Shown piece by piece: positions 36,637 through 46,935 of a stretch of 64,000 nt of DNA. Source of the DNA: Spirochaetia bacterium (GTDB lineage Bacteria; Spirochaetota; Spirochaetia; SZUA-6; Bin103); assembly GCA_965203055.1 (NCBI GenBank), contig OZ241863.1:928001-992000 (forward strand), given 5' to 3'. Position 1 is the stretch's first letter; every line of letters starts with the position of its first letter. A program made the translations under genes and the position numbers. The notes beneath the pieces are model-generated. The model worked only from the letters and a program-made list of their open reading frames with translations, ran no database searches and was not told the origin of the DNA.

Positions 36637-38445
36637 TCAGCAATCCAGGAGTTGCTCCAGTTGGCCCACCAGCGAGCCGAAGACCTGCAATGCCTGCCTG
36701 ACCGGCTCCGGGCTGCTCATGTCCACTCCGGCAAGCTGCAGCGACTGCAACGGGTAGCGGGAGCCGCCGGACCGCAGGAACGCCATGTACCGGTCGCGCG
36801 CCTCCGTACCGCCGGCCAGCACGCCCTCCGCCAGGGCCACGGCCGCGGCCAGGCCGGTGGCGTACTTGTACACGTAGAAGGCGTTGTAGAAGTGGGGGAT
36901 GCGCAGCCCCTCCAGGTCGCTCACCTCCTCCAGCTTCAGTTCCGGCCCGAAGTAGCGCTCAAGCAACTGCCGGTAGGCGGCGCGCAGCGATTCCACCGTC
37001 AGCGGCTCGCCCCGCTCCGCCATGGCGTGGGTCTGGTGCTCGAATTCGGCGAACATGGTCTGGCGGTAGACGGTGGCGATGATGTCGTCCACCCGCTTGC
37101 CGACCAGGTAGGAGCGCATCTCCCGGTTGCCGGCGCGCTCCAGCAGGTAGTGGAACAGGAGCTGCTCGTTGAACGTCGACGCCACCTCGGCCTCGAAGAT
37201 GCTGTAGCCGTAGTGCTGGATCGGGTTGTGGCGCACGCTGTGCCAGGAGTGCATCGAGTGCCCTGCCTCATGGGCCAGGGTGAACACGTCGCGCAGCACG
37301 TCCTCCTTGAAGTTCATCAGGATGTAGGGATCGCCGGCGAAGGAGCCGGCGGAGAACGCGCCGGAGCGCTTGCCCTTGTTCTCGTAGCGGTCCACCCAGC
37401 CGCCGCGCAGCCCGGCGCCCAGGGTGGCGCAGTAGTCGGAGCCGAGGGGGGCCAGCGCGGCAAGCACCACCTCCACCGCCTGGTCGTAGGTGTGCCGCAC
37501 CCGCACGTCGCCGGTCAGCGGCGCGTAGACGTCGTAGTGGCGCAACTCCGCCACGCCGAGGGCGCGCCGCCGCAGGGCGTAGTAGGCGTGGAGCCGGTCC
37601 AGATTCTCATGCACCGCGGCGATCAGGTTGTCGTACACCGTGGCCGCGACCTGATCGGGAAACAGCGCCGCCTCCCGCGCCGACGGATAGTTGCGCACCC
37701 GGGCGCGGTACAGGTCGAGCTGCACGCTGCCGTCGTAGAGCGCGGCGAGCGTGTTCTTGTGCTGCTCGAAGTGGCCGTAGAACTGGTGGTAGGCGCGCCG
37801 CCGCACGTCGCGCTCGGGGTGGATCATGAACTGCGACCACGACGCCTGGCTGAGCGGCTGCGCCCCCTCCGGGGTATCGACGGCGCCGAAGTCGAGGTCC
37901 ACGTCGGTCAGGGCGGCGAACGTCTTGCGCGCGGTCTGATTGGCTTCGAGCTGCAGCGCCAGCAGCCGTTCCTGCGCCGCCGGCAGGACGTGCGGCTTGA
38001 ACCGCAGCAACTTGCGCAGGGCGATGGCGAACTCGGCCAGCGACTCGTCGGCCAACATCCGCTCCATGACGGCGTCGGGAATCGCCTGAATCTCCGGCGT
38101 GACGTAGCTCTTCTCGGCCTCGGCGCGGCTGGCGGCGTTGAGGTAGCGCGCGAAGCGGCCCTGGTGTTCGCTGTCGCCGGCGTCCTCGCTGGTGCGCAGG
38201 TGGGCGTAGTAGCCGACCCGCTCATCCAGCAGCTCCAGCTCGTTCAGGAACTCCAGGCAGGCGCGCAGGGCGGCCGCTGACTGCCCCAGGGTGCCCTTGA
38301 AGGCGGCGATGCGGGGCACCAGCTCCTGGTACTGGCGCAAGCCCCGCTCCCAGGCGTCCTCGTCGGGATACAGCTTCCCCAGGTCCCACTGATCGGCGGC
38401 GGCAATCTGGCTGCGTTGCGGAATGGCGGTGGTAGCGTGGCTCAT
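36637..38445 (-). CDS. pepF: Oligoendopeptidase F (M3B)
   Basis: GKRSGAFS, TLAHEAGHSMH, AEVAST, IPHFY. Confidence 0.93.
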   Translation of the reverse strand: MSHATTAIPQRSQIAAADQWDLGKLYPDEDAWERGLRQYQELVPRIAAFKGTLGQSAAALRACLEFLNELELLDERVGYYAHLRTSEDAGDSEHQGRFARYLNAASRAEAEKSYVTPEIQAIPDAVMERMLADESLAEFAIALRKLLRFKPHVLPAAQERLLALQLEANQTARKTFAALTDVDLDFGAVDTPEGAQPLSQASWSQFMIHPERDVRRRAYHQFYGHFEQHKNTLAALYDGSVQLDLYRARVRNYPSAREAALFPDQVAATVYDNLIAAVHENLDRLHAYYALRRRALGVAELRHYDVYAPLTGDVRVRHTYDQAVEVVLAALAPLGSDYCATLGAGLRGGWVDRYENKGKRSGAFSAGSFAGDPYILMNFKEDVLRDVFTLAHEAGHSMHSWHSVRHNPIQHYGYSIFEAEVASTFNEQLLFHYLLERAGNREMRSYLVGKRVDDIIATVYRQTMFAEFEHQTHAMAERGEPLTVESLRAAYRQLLERYFGPELKLEEVSDLEGLRIPHFYNAFYVYKYATGLAAAVALAEGVLAGGTEARDRYMAFLRSGGSRYPLQSLQLAGVDMSSPEPVRQALQVFGSLVGQLEQLLDC

Positions 38446-39500
38446 TTGACGGCGACCCAGGAGTCGCGGTCCGAGGCCGCGTAGACGGCTTCGAACAGCG
38501 CCACCGTGCGGCGGCCCTCGCGCCCGTCGCACTGCAGGTCGGTGCCGTTGCGCAGCGCGCTCACCAGGTCCTGAAAGATGTTCTCCGGCAGGTCGTCCGG
38601 CACCGGGTACGCAATCAGGTCGCCGGCAGCCACGGCCGGCGCGGCGGCCGCGCCGGCGGCGCGAAATGCGTCGCTGCCGGTGCGCGCGGCCGGAGGCACG
38701 TGTTTGAGGCGCGGCACGTCTTCGTCCTTCCAGTGCAGGGTGCCCCAACTGCCGTTGACGCTCATCTCGGCTTCGGCGCCGGGAACGCTGCAGGTCGTGG
38801 TCAGCACCGAGCCCACCGCGCCGCCGCGGAACTGCACCACCGCCGCGGCGGCGTCTTCGGTCCGGATGTCGTGCCCGTAGGTGCCGCGGCGTCCGGCTAC
38901 CCGCTCGGCGTCTCCCACCCACCACAGCATCAGGTCCAGGAAGTGCACCGCCTGATTGGCCAGCGAGCCTCCCTCGGTGTCGAGCCGGCTGCGCCAGCGT
39001 TGCGGCACCCCGGCGTCGTAGTAGGACTGCGCCCGGTACCACTTCATGCGCAGGTCGGCGAGCAGCGGGCGGCCGACGGCGCCGGCGTCGAGGGCGCGCT
39101 TGACGCGGTGGTTGCGCGGCTGGTAGCGCTGCTCGAAGTCCACCGCCAGCAGCAGCCCGCGCTTCTGCGCTTCGTGAATCGCCGCATCGCACGCCGCGGT
39201 GGTGATGTCCATCGGCTTGGTCATGCACACGTGCTTGCCGGCGCGCAGCGCCTGCAGCGCCATCCCGGCGTGGGAGCCGCTCGGCGTCCACAGACCGACC
39301 ACGTCCACGTCGGCGCGCTTCAGCAGTTCGTCGTAGCTGTCGAGCCACGGCACGCCCAAGTCGCGCTCCGCCTCCCGCCCGCGCGCGGCCGACAGGTCGC
39401 ACACCGCCACCAGGTCGGCTCCGGGGGTCTGGGCGCAGAGCGACGCGCGTCCCTCGCCCATGCCCAGTCCTACGATTGCGAACCGTATCGTCGCCGCCAC
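38442..39500 (-). CDS. Gfo/Idh/MocA-family oxidoreductase
   Basis: IVGLGMG, GKHVCMTKP, GGSLANQAVHFLD; GGAGG RBS before the GTG. Confidence 0.9.
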   Translation of the reverse strand: MAATIRFAIVGLGMGEGRASLCAQTPGADLVAVCDLSAARGREAERDLGVPWLDSYDELLKRADVDVVGLWTPSGSHAGMALQALRAGKHVCMTKPMDITTAACDAAIHEAQKRGLLLAVDFEQRYQPRNHRVKRALDAGAVGRPLLADLRMKWYRAQSYYDAGVPQRWRSRLDTEGGSLANQAVHFLDLMLWWVGDAERVAGRRGTYGHDIRTEDAAAAVVQFRGGAVGSVLTTTCSVPGAEAEMSVNGSWGTLHWKDEDVPRLKHVPPAARTGSDAFRAAGAAAAPAVAAGDLIAYPVPDDLPENIFQDLVSALRNGTDLQCDGREGRRTVALFEAVYAASDRDSWVAVK

Positions 39501-39540
39501 ATTTCCTCCCCGCGCATGGTAGCCGAAACGCCGCCCCGCG

Positions 39541-40701
39541 TCAGGGGGGCTGATCGCCGGCGGCGGTGATGACCGGAGGATGCGCCCAGTCCAGGTAGCG
39601 CTCGCCGACCCGCGCCGCGGCGCAGCCGCCGGCATGCCACAGCACGCGGTAGCGAAACGTGGCCCGCGCGCCGGCCTCCAGAGTCCAGTCGCCGCGCCGG
39701 CGGTGGCCGCTGCGGTAGTCGGCCAACCCGAATGGATTGGCGGCGAACAGACCGTAGCCGCGCACGTGCCAGTGGGTGGGGTAGAGCGGGTTGCGCGGAT
39801 GATCGAATATCGCCGCGCCCACGGTACGGGGCGTGCCCGCGGCATCGGTCACGGCGCCCGAATAGTCCACCCACGGCGCGCGCTGCCCCCAGGTCTCCGC
39901 TTCATGGAGCGCGCCGTAGGCGTTGCTGATGGTACCGCCGCGGCTCTCCTTGATCGCTTCGTGGACGCGCAGGGCGCAGAGTCCGCCCTCCTTGGTGTCG
40001 CCGAAGGTCACCGCGCCGCGGGCGGCGTGGAAGGTGACGGTCAGGTCCAGCAGCCGCGCCGCGGCGGGCGTGTTCCAGAACGTCAGGGTACGGCGTTCTT
40101 CCAGCAGCGGCGGGCTGGCGGCGCCGCCCGCCCGCCAGTTCACGCGCTGCACGATGCGCCCGAACGCCGGGCCGCTTTGCACCGCCTCGAAGCCGTCGTG
40201 GACCTGGCAGCCGTGCCCGTCGGCCTCGCTCCAGAAGTCGACCCCGTTCACCAAGCCGTGGGCCACCCAGAACGAGCGGTGGTGCACGTGGTCGGTCGCT
40301 TCGCCGGGCACGTCGGCAAGCGGCCAGGCGCGCGTCATCGGCAAGCCGTACGGCCCGATCACGGGATGCAGGAAGGAACGCACCGGATGCGCGGCATAGT
40401 GGTAGCGGCACCACAGCGCCCCGTCGACGGTCACCTCCAGGTGCGCCCCGCGGTCGCTGATCCGCACCCCGCCGGCGGGCGCGGCGCCGCCGCCTGTCAC
40501 CTCGACCCGCTCTCGGGCCGCAGCCGCCAAGTAGGGGAGTACGCACCACCGCGCCCCGTCGTCGCCCGCCTGCAGCGGCACGGCCGGCGCGCCGCCCGCG
40601 ATGCGCAATGCCGCGCCGCCGCCCTCCACCGCCGCCGGCGGCAGCTCCACCGGGCAGTGGACCCGCTCGTGCGGTCCGGCCTGAATCTCCAGCTTCCCCA
40701 C
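39541..40701 (-). CDS. PmoA-like (DUF6807-type) family protein
   Basis: FLHPV, DHVHHRSFW, GDTKEGG, DHPRNP..WHVRGYGLFAANPF; start approximate. Confidence 0.7.
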   Translation of the reverse strand: MGKLEIQAGPHERVHCPVELPPAAVEGGGAALRIAGGAPAVPLQAGDDGARWCVLPYLAAAARERVEVTGGGAAPAGGVRISDRGAHLEVTVDGALWCRYHYAAHPVRSFLHPVIGPYGLPMTRAWPLADVPGEATDHVHHRSFWVAHGLVNGVDFWSEADGHGCQVHDGFEAVQSGPAFGRIVQRVNWRAGGAASPPLLEERRTLTFWNTPAAARLLDLTVTFHAARGAVTFGDTKEGGLCALRVHEAIKESRGGTISNAYGALHEAETWGQRAPWVDYSGAVTDAAGTPRTVGAAIFDHPRNPLYPTHWHVRGYGLFAANPFGLADYRSGHRRRGDWTLEAGARATFRYRVLWHAGGCAAARVGERYLDWAHPPVITAAGDQPP

Positions 40702-40973
40702 CGTCCGGGCGACGATAGCCCAAAACCGCGCCCGGCGCCACCGCGCCGACAGGAAATACGCTATCATGTCGCCCGCAGGACATGGCATACCGTAGTAGCG
40801 CAGCATGGGAGACGATTTGTCTTGGGGACGTTGCGGCTATCACCATGGGCCAGTCACCGCCGACGAGCTGCTCGCAACGAATGGGGCGCATTTCCCAAAT
40901 GTAGGTAAGCGACAGGCCGCTTGGCGGCCAAGCCCAAGTCCCAGTGTAAGATGACGTTTCTCGGCGATCTTGA

Positions 40974-42378
40974 TCACCGGTCTACCGGCGCCTGACGATC
41001 CTCGCTGGGGCGCCCGAATCCGGCGCCGGCGTGGCGGTAGCGGTGATGGGCGGCGCACAGCAGCCGGAGATTGTTCGGCTCGGCGGCGCCGCCGCAGGCA
41101 TACGGCACGACGTGATCGATCTGCAGCAGGTGTTCGGAGCCGCAGCGGCGCCCGCTGGTGCGGTCCACGTAGCGGCAACGGCCCCGGTCGCGCCGCCACA
41201 CCTCGCGCTTGACCGCCGCCGGGATGGCGCGGCCGGTCACGCCGCCGGCCTTCGCTGCCGAAGTTTCGGTCCGCGCCGGCGGCGCGGGCTGCGTCGCGCC
41301 CGCCGTCGCAGCCTGACGGCCGGGGCGCCGCGTCTTCGGCGCCGAAGTGGTGTCGCCCGCCGGTTTCACTGCCGGTTTCACCGCCGAAGTGTCCGGGCGG
41401 TCCGGGCCGCGGTTCGCCTGCAGCGGCGAAGCGGCTTCGTCTCCCGGCTGCGCCGGCGTCTGAGCCGATACCTTCGCCGCCGAAAGAGCGGCGCGGTTCG
41501 CGCTGACCTCCTGCTTCGCTGCCGAGGCGGCGCTGCGAGCCGAGGCCGCCTGCGTCTTCGGCGCCGAAGTTTGCTCGGCGCCTTTGGCCGGCGCGGTGCG
41601 CCGTCCGCGCGGCGGCCGGGCCGGATCGTGGCGGTCGAGACCTTCCCATACCAGCCGCCCCATGAGCTGCCCCATCGTCAGGTGCGGATCGACGTGGGAC
41701 AGGAGGCCCTTGAGCCGCTCCAAGCCGCGCCGGCACTCATCGTCGATCACCGCCTTGAGTTCCCAACGCCCGCCGCCCAGAGGCCGCACCCGATCCGCCG
41801 GCGCCGCCAGCTCCGGGTCCACCTCGGCCAGCAACTGCATCACCTCCCGGCTGCTCTTGCCGGACGCCTGCTCCACCAGCTCCCGCCGCGCCTCCGGGTC
41901 CAGCACCGCCGCCGGCGCCGGCTTCCGCTCCGCCGGCCGCGGCGGCGCCGAGCCGTTCTGCGACTGGGCGGCAGCCCCGAACCCGGCCCCGCCCGGCGCG
42001 CTACGCGCCGCCCGTTCCTTCTTGCGCTCCTGCCGGTCGAACGCATGCTGCAACTAGGCGGCCGCGTTCAGCGTCATCGAGCCATTCCCGCAGGCGCTCG
42101 CGCACGCCCTCCACGTCCGCGCAGAGGCGCATCGCCTTGATGCGCCGCCACGCCGCGGCGTCGCTGTAACCCAGCTCGCGCACCGCGTAATCGAACAGGC
42201 TCGAGAACCCGCGGCGCAGATACAGGCGGCGCTTATGAATCTCGCGCAGGTGGTCGATCACGACCACTTCGAGATGGTGTTCGATGCGGGAAAGTTCCTT
42301 GGTCCGCTCCAGCAGGCGGTCGTCTGAGAGGGCGGAAACGGTAGTGGTGACGGCCCCGACCGAACCCTGATTGTTCAT
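40974..42378 (-). pseudogene. HNH endonuclease pseudogene, paralog of 15725-17074
   Basis: +1 frameshift near 42087-42090 and CAG>TAG at 42054-42056 relative to copy 1. Confidence 0.85.
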
Positions 42379-42384
42379 GACATA

Positions 42385-42413
42385 AGTATAACCATGGAAA
42401 CCACTTGAGTCAA
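42385..42413 (-). promoter_or_regulatory. Sigma70 promoter of HNH copy 2
   Basis: TTGACT-17 bp-TATACT-6 nt-ATG. Confidence 0.78.
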
Positions 42414-42495
42414 GTTCTTCGGCCTGGAATATGCCACCTGCGGGAGTGACTCGGCGGCGCATTTCCAAGCGGCTAGACGTTCCGTCAGATGCTGC

Positions 42496-42571
42496 TCGTT
42501 GTTGTTTCACCATGAGCGCGGCGCGGTACTCGTGGTACGCCTTTCCCGGCGGCGGCTTCGAGGGCGGGATC
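42496..42571 (-). pseudogene. Short remnant of the Eco57I-like methyltransferase C-terminus
   Basis: DPALEAA/KAYHEYRAALMV matches HPDLEAAGKAYYEYRAALMV at 55915-55975. Confidence 0.8.
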
Positions 42572-42677
42572 GGTACCAACAAATTGGAAGTGCGCCCCAA
42601 CGAATGGGTGCCCGTGACGCGGACCATGAGCGGTGCTATCATCGGGTAGCGATGAAGCAGCTTGATCGAGGTTCGTC

Positions 42678-43778
42678 ATGACCAGCTATCAGGTGGTGGC
42701 GTGGGGCCGGCCGCTGGAGCGGCGCACCTGCCCGACGCCCGACCCGCAGGGCACTGAAGTGCTGTTGCAGGTGGAGATGTGCGGGGTGTGCCACAGCGAC
42801 CTGCACATCCACGAGGGGTATTTCGACATGGGCGGCGGGCGCCGGCGCATGCTCACCGATCTGGGGGTGCAACTGCCGCTCACCCTGGGTCACGAGCCGG
42901 TCGGCACCGTGGCCGCGGTCGGCCCGGAGGTGGATGACCCGCAGGCCGCGGGGGTGCCGGTCGGCGCGCGCCGGGTGGTGTGGCCGTGGGTCGGGTGCCG
43001 GCAATGCGCGGCCTGCCGGCGCGAAGAGGACATCCTGTGCGAGCGCGGGCGCTACCTGGGGGCGCGGGTCGACGGCGGCTTCAGCGACCACCTGCTGGTG
43101 CCGCATCCGCGCTACCTGCTGCCCTGCGCCGGCATCGCGCCGGAGGTGGCGGCCACCTACGCCTGCGCCGGCATTACCGGCTACGCGGCGGTGAAGCGCG
43201 CCCTCACCACCTACCCGGAGAGCGCCGGCACGCTGGGCCGGATCGGTTCCGGCGACACCCTGCTGCTGGTGGGCGCCGGCGGCGTCGGGTTGAGCGCGCT
43301 GCGCGCGGCCCGCGCCCTCACCGCGGCGCGCATCGTGGTGGCGGACATCAGCGCCGAGAAACGGGCGCTGGCCGAGGCCAACGGCGCCGACGCCGCCATC
43401 GACGCCGCCGACCCGGACGCCGGGCGCCGGCTCAAGGAGCGGAGCGGCGCCGGCGTCGCCGCGGCGGTGGACTTCGTCGGCCGGCCGGAGACGTCGCAGA
43501 TGGCGATCGACTCGCTGCGCCGCGGCGGCACCCACGTCGTCGTGGGCATGTTCGGGGGCGCGCTGACGGTGTCTATACCCGACTACGTCTACAAGCTGCT
43601 GGCGGTACGCGGCTCGCACCTGGGGACGCCGCAGGACCTGCGCGAACTGATCGAGCTGCGCCGCGCCGGCCACATCGAGCCGCCGCCGATCGCGCGCCGG
43701 CCGCTGGCGGAGATAGACGAGGTGTTCACCGATCTGCACGCCGGCCGCATCCCCGGCCGCGTGGTGCTGGTACCGTAG
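42678..43778 (+). CDS. Zinc-dependent alcohol dehydrogenase
   Basis: CGVCHSD, GHE, CRQCAAC..C, GAGGVG. Confidence 0.92.
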   Translation: MTSYQVVAWGRPLERRTCPTPDPQGTEVLLQVEMCGVCHSDLHIHEGYFDMGGGRRRMLTDLGVQLPLTLGHEPVGTVAAVGPEVDDPQAAGVPVGARRVVWPWVGCRQCAACRREEDILCERGRYLGARVDGGFSDHLLVPHPRYLLPCAGIAPEVAATYACAGITGYAAVKRALTTYPESAGTLGRIGSGDTLLLVGAGGVGLSALRAARALTAARIVVADISAEKRALAEANGADAAIDAADPDAGRRLKERSGAGVAAAVDFVGRPETSQMAIDSLRRGGTHVVVGMFGGALTVSIPDYVYKLLAVRGSHLGTPQDLRELIELRRAGHIEPPPIARRPLAEIDEVFTDLHAGRIPGRVVLVP

Positions 43779-43780
43779 CG

Positions 43781-44677
43781 ATGGGCGGCCGAAGCGCGGC
43801 GGCCGCGGCGCCGCGGCGGGTGGTGATCACCGGCGCCGCCGGCTACGTCGCCGGCCTCATGCTGCCGGACCTGCGCCGCCGCTATGACCTGACGCTGCTC
43901 GACGTGCGCCGGGACAATCGCGGCGGCGCGGCGGTGGACGGCGTGACGCTCGCGGACCTGACGGAGAAGGACCGCGACCGCTACCGCGCTCATTTCGCCG
44001 GCGCGGACGCGGTGGTGCATACCGCCTTCGTGCGCCCGCGCGGCGGCGCCGCCAACCTCGGCGCCATCGCCTCCCGGAGCGAAGCGCGGTTCCGCTCCGA
44101 GTTCGCCAACGTGGCGATGGCCTACAACATCTATCAGACGGCGCGCGAGGAAGGGGTGCGGCGGGTGGTGATGATCAGCTCCAATCATGCCGCGGACTTC
44201 TACGAGCCGCTGATCCTCGACGGCGCCTGGGACTTGGTCACCCCGGAGATGCAGGAGCGCGCGGTGGGCTACTACGGCTGGGCCAAGGCCTCCTACGAGC
44301 ACCTGGGGTTCATCTTCGCCCAGGGCGGCCCGGGCGAGGCGCCGCTGGAGAACGTGCAGATTCGCATCGGCGGCCCGCGCGAGGATGACCTGGAGCGCGC
44401 CGAACCGGGCAACATGCGCCAGGTGCGGCGCGGGTTGGCGGTGTACCTGAGCCGCCGCGATCTGGTGCAACTGATCGTCAAGAGCGTCGAGACCTCCGAC
44501 ATCCGCGACCGCCACGGGGTGCCGTTTCAAGTGTTCTACGGCATCAGCGACAACTCGCACGCCTTCTGGAGCATCGCCAACGCGCGCCGCGTCATCGGCT
44601 ACGCGCCGCGCGACAACAGCGAGGTGCGCTTCCGGGAGCAGCTTGCCCGCCATCTGGCCGCGGCCGGCGGCGAGTGA
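43781..44677 (+). CDS. NAD(P)-dependent epimerase/dehydratase-family oxidoreductase (uronate dehydrogenase-like)
   Basis: ITGAAGYVA, SSNHA, YGWAK. Confidence 0.85.
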   Translation: MGGRSAAAAAPRRVVITGAAGYVAGLMLPDLRRRYDLTLLDVRRDNRGGAAVDGVTLADLTEKDRDRYRAHFAGADAVVHTAFVRPRGGAANLGAIASRSEARFRSEFANVAMAYNIYQTAREEGVRRVVMISSNHAADFYEPLILDGAWDLVTPEMQERAVGYYGWAKASYEHLGFIFAQGGPGEAPLENVQIRIGGPREDDLERAEPGNMRQVRRGLAVYLSRRDLVQLIVKSVETSDIRDRHGVPFQVFYGISDNSHAFWSIANARRVIGYAPRDNSEVRFREQLARHLAAAGGE

Positions 44678-46518
44678 GCACTTTCGCCCCAATGGCTGAG
44701 GCGGCGCCGCGCGCCCGCGTAGCCGACCTGTTCCGCGACCACCTGCCGCTGATCGGATGGTCGGCGGCCTGCGGTCTGCTGTTCGCCGGGACCACGTTGA
44801 TCCCGCCGCTGTACGTGCGCGGCCTCATCGCCGCCATCACCGAACCGCCCGCCGGCGCCGCCGGCGGCCCGGACGGCGTCTCGCTGGCGGTGGTGGCCGC
44901 GGCGCTGGTCGGGGTGTTCCTGCTGCGCGGCGCGGCGCGCTACCTGTACGGCCTCACCTCGCATCATGCCGCCTACGCGCTGCTGGCCGACCTGCTGCAG
45001 CGGGTCTATCGTCACCTGCAGCAACTCTCGCACCGCTTCTTCGCCGGCAACCGCACCGGGACGCTGATCGCGCGTTCGGTCAGCGACGTGGAGGCGCTGG
45101 AAGACTTCGTCGCGCACGGCGTGCCGGAGCTGGTGCAGGCGGTCGCCATTCCGCTGGCGATGATCGTGGTGCTGGTCAGCATCGATCCATCGCTCACCCT
45201 GGTGGTGCTCAGCCCGCTGCCGGTTGCCGCGCTGGTGATCTATCTCCTAACCCGCAACGTGCGCGGCAAGTGGCGCGGCGTGCGCGAACAATACGCGCGG
45301 GTAGTGGCCCTGGTGGAGGACAACCTGCAGGGGATGAGCGAGATCAAGTCGTTCACCCGCGAGGCCGAGCAGGAGCGGCGCGTGGCGCGGCTGGCCGGAG
45401 ATTACCGCGACGCCATCATCCGCGCTACCCACCGCTCGCTGCTGCCCTCCGGCATCGTGGAGATGACCGGCGGCGTGGGCGTGATCCTGGCGGTGGCCGC
45501 CGGCGGCGCCACCGCCCTGCGCGGCGGGCTGGAGGTGGCCGATCTGTACCTGTTCCTCGCCTACCTGACGTTCATCTACCAGCCGTTCCTCAAGCTGGCG
45601 GACATCGGCGAGGTGCTGCACCGCGCCGTGGCCAGCTACCAGCGCATCGACGAGCTGCTCGCCGTCGAGCCGGACATCGTCAGCCCGCCGCACGCCGTGC
45701 TGCCGGCGTCCTGCTCCGGCTCGGTGGAACTGGATGCGGTGACGTTTTCCTACGGTCCGGGAGCGCCGGCGCTGCGCGGGATCAGTCTGGCGGCGGCGCC
45801 GGGGGAGGTGGTTTCCCTGGCCGGACCCACGGGCGCCGGTAAGACCACGGTCACGCGGCTGGTGCCGCGCTTCTACGACTCCGACGCGGGCCGCGTGCTG
45901 GTCGGCGGCCACGACGTCCGCACGCTCGATCTGGCGTACCTGCGCCGGCAGGTGGCGGTGGTCAGCCAGGAGGTGTTCCTGTTCCATGGCAGCGTGCGCG
46001 ACAACATCCTGTTCGGGCGGCCCGACGCCGGCGAACAGGCGTTCCGGGCCGCCGCCCGCGCGGCCAACGCCGACCCGTTCATCCGCCGGCTGCCGGATGG
46101 CTACGACACGGTGGTGGGCGACCGCGGCGTGCGCCTCTCCGGCGGCCAGCGCCAGCGCGTGGCGATTGCCCGCGCGCTGCTCAAGGACGCGCCGATCCTG
46201 ATCCTGGACGAGGCCACCTCGTCGGTGGACGCCGAAACCGAAGAGCTGATTCAACAGGCGATGCAGCGGCTGCTGTCCGGGCGCACCGCGCTGATCATCG
46301 CCCACCGCCGCTCCACCCTGGAGCGCGCCGACCGGCTGATCGTGCTGGAGGCCGGCCGCGTCATCGAAAGCGGCTCCGCGGCCGAACTGCTCGCCGCCGG
46401 CAGCCGCTATCGCAGTCTCGTCGACGCCCAACTGGAAGCGGCGCCGTTCGCCGCCGGCCGGCAGCCCGGCGCCGCGGTCGGCGGCGGCCGCGCGTTGGCC
46501 GCCGCCGCGGCGCGGTAG
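44674..46518 (+). CDS. ABC exporter, fused permease/ATPase
   Basis: TM domain; [25 protein letters not shown]. Confidence 0.9.
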   Translation: MSTFAPMAEAAPRARVADLFRDHLPLIGWSAACGLLFAGTTLIPPLYVRGLIAAITEPPAGAAGGPDGVSLAVVAAALVGVFLLRGAARYLYGLTSHHAAYALLADLLQRVYRHLQQLSHRFFAGNRTGTLIARSVSDVEALEDFVAHGVPELVQAVAIPLAMIVVLVSIDPSLTLVVLSPLPVAALVIYLLTRNVRGKWRGVREQYARVVALVEDNLQGMSEIKSFTREAEQERRVARLAGDYRDAIIRATHRSLLPSGIVEMTGGVGVILAVAAGGATALRGGLEVADLYLFLAYLTFIYQPFLKLADIGEVLHRAVASYQRIDELLAVEPDIVSPPHAVLPASCSGSVELDAVTFSYGPGAPALRGISLAAAPGEVVSLAGPTGAGKTTVTRLVPRFYDSDAGRVLVGGHDVRTLDLAYLRRQVAVVSQEVFLFHGSVRDNILFGRPDAGEQAFRAAARAANADPFIRRLPDGYDTVVGDRGVRLSGGQRQRVAIARALLKDAPILILDEATSSVDAETEELIQQAMQRLLSGRTALIIAHRRSTLERADRLIVLEAGRVIESGSAAELLAAGSRYRSLVDAQLEAAPFAAGRQPGAAVGGGRALAAAAAR

Positions 46519-46532
46519 GTACGGTCCGGACG

Positions 46533-46913
46533 ATGCCGAAGCGCAAGCGCACCTTTCCCTGTGGTCACCGGGGATATGGGCAATTCTGTCACCAGTGCGC
46601 CGAGGAGGAGCGCCGCCGGGGCCGGAAGCGACAACAGAAGGAGGAGTGGAAGCAGACCTTCGCCGCGGACCCGATCGACCTGCGGGGGTTGCCCAGAGCG
46701 ATCGTGGTAAAGGCGCGGCAAACGATCCAGGGGCTGGCGGAGGGACGCGACTACCGCGAATTTTCGGGCAAGCGGCTGGAGCATGACCGCTCCGTCATCA
46801 GCATTCCGGTTACGCGCAGCTACCGCCTGCTGTGCCGCGCTTCCGGCGGCGCGTTGACGCCGGTACGAGTCGTTACCCACGAAGAATACAACGTCCGCAA
46901 GCCGCTGGACTGA
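46533..46913 (+). CDS. Hypothetical protein with an N-terminal Cys/His zinc-binding motif and a possible RelE/ParE-like C-terminus
   Basis: CGH..GQFCHQC; GKRL...ISIPV..YRLL...THEEYN. Confidence 0.6.
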   Translation: MPKRKRTFPCGHRGYGQFCHQCAEEERRRGRKRQQKEEWKQTFAADPIDLRGLPRAIVVKARQTIQGLAEGRDYREFSGKRLEHDRSVISIPVTRSYRLLCRASGGALTPVRVVTHEEYNVRKPLD

Positions 46914-46935
46914 GCCGCCGTACCGATCCTCCGGA

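Larger units (their letters stand above)
40884..42597 (-). mobile_element. Non-autonomous TIR element, copy 2, with a 9-bp target-site duplication
   Basis: TIRs GGGCGCATTTCCCAAATGTAGGTA and (reverse complement) GGGCGCACTTCCAATTTGTTGGTA; direct repeat CAACGAATG at 40875-40883 and 42598-42606. Confidence 0.85.
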
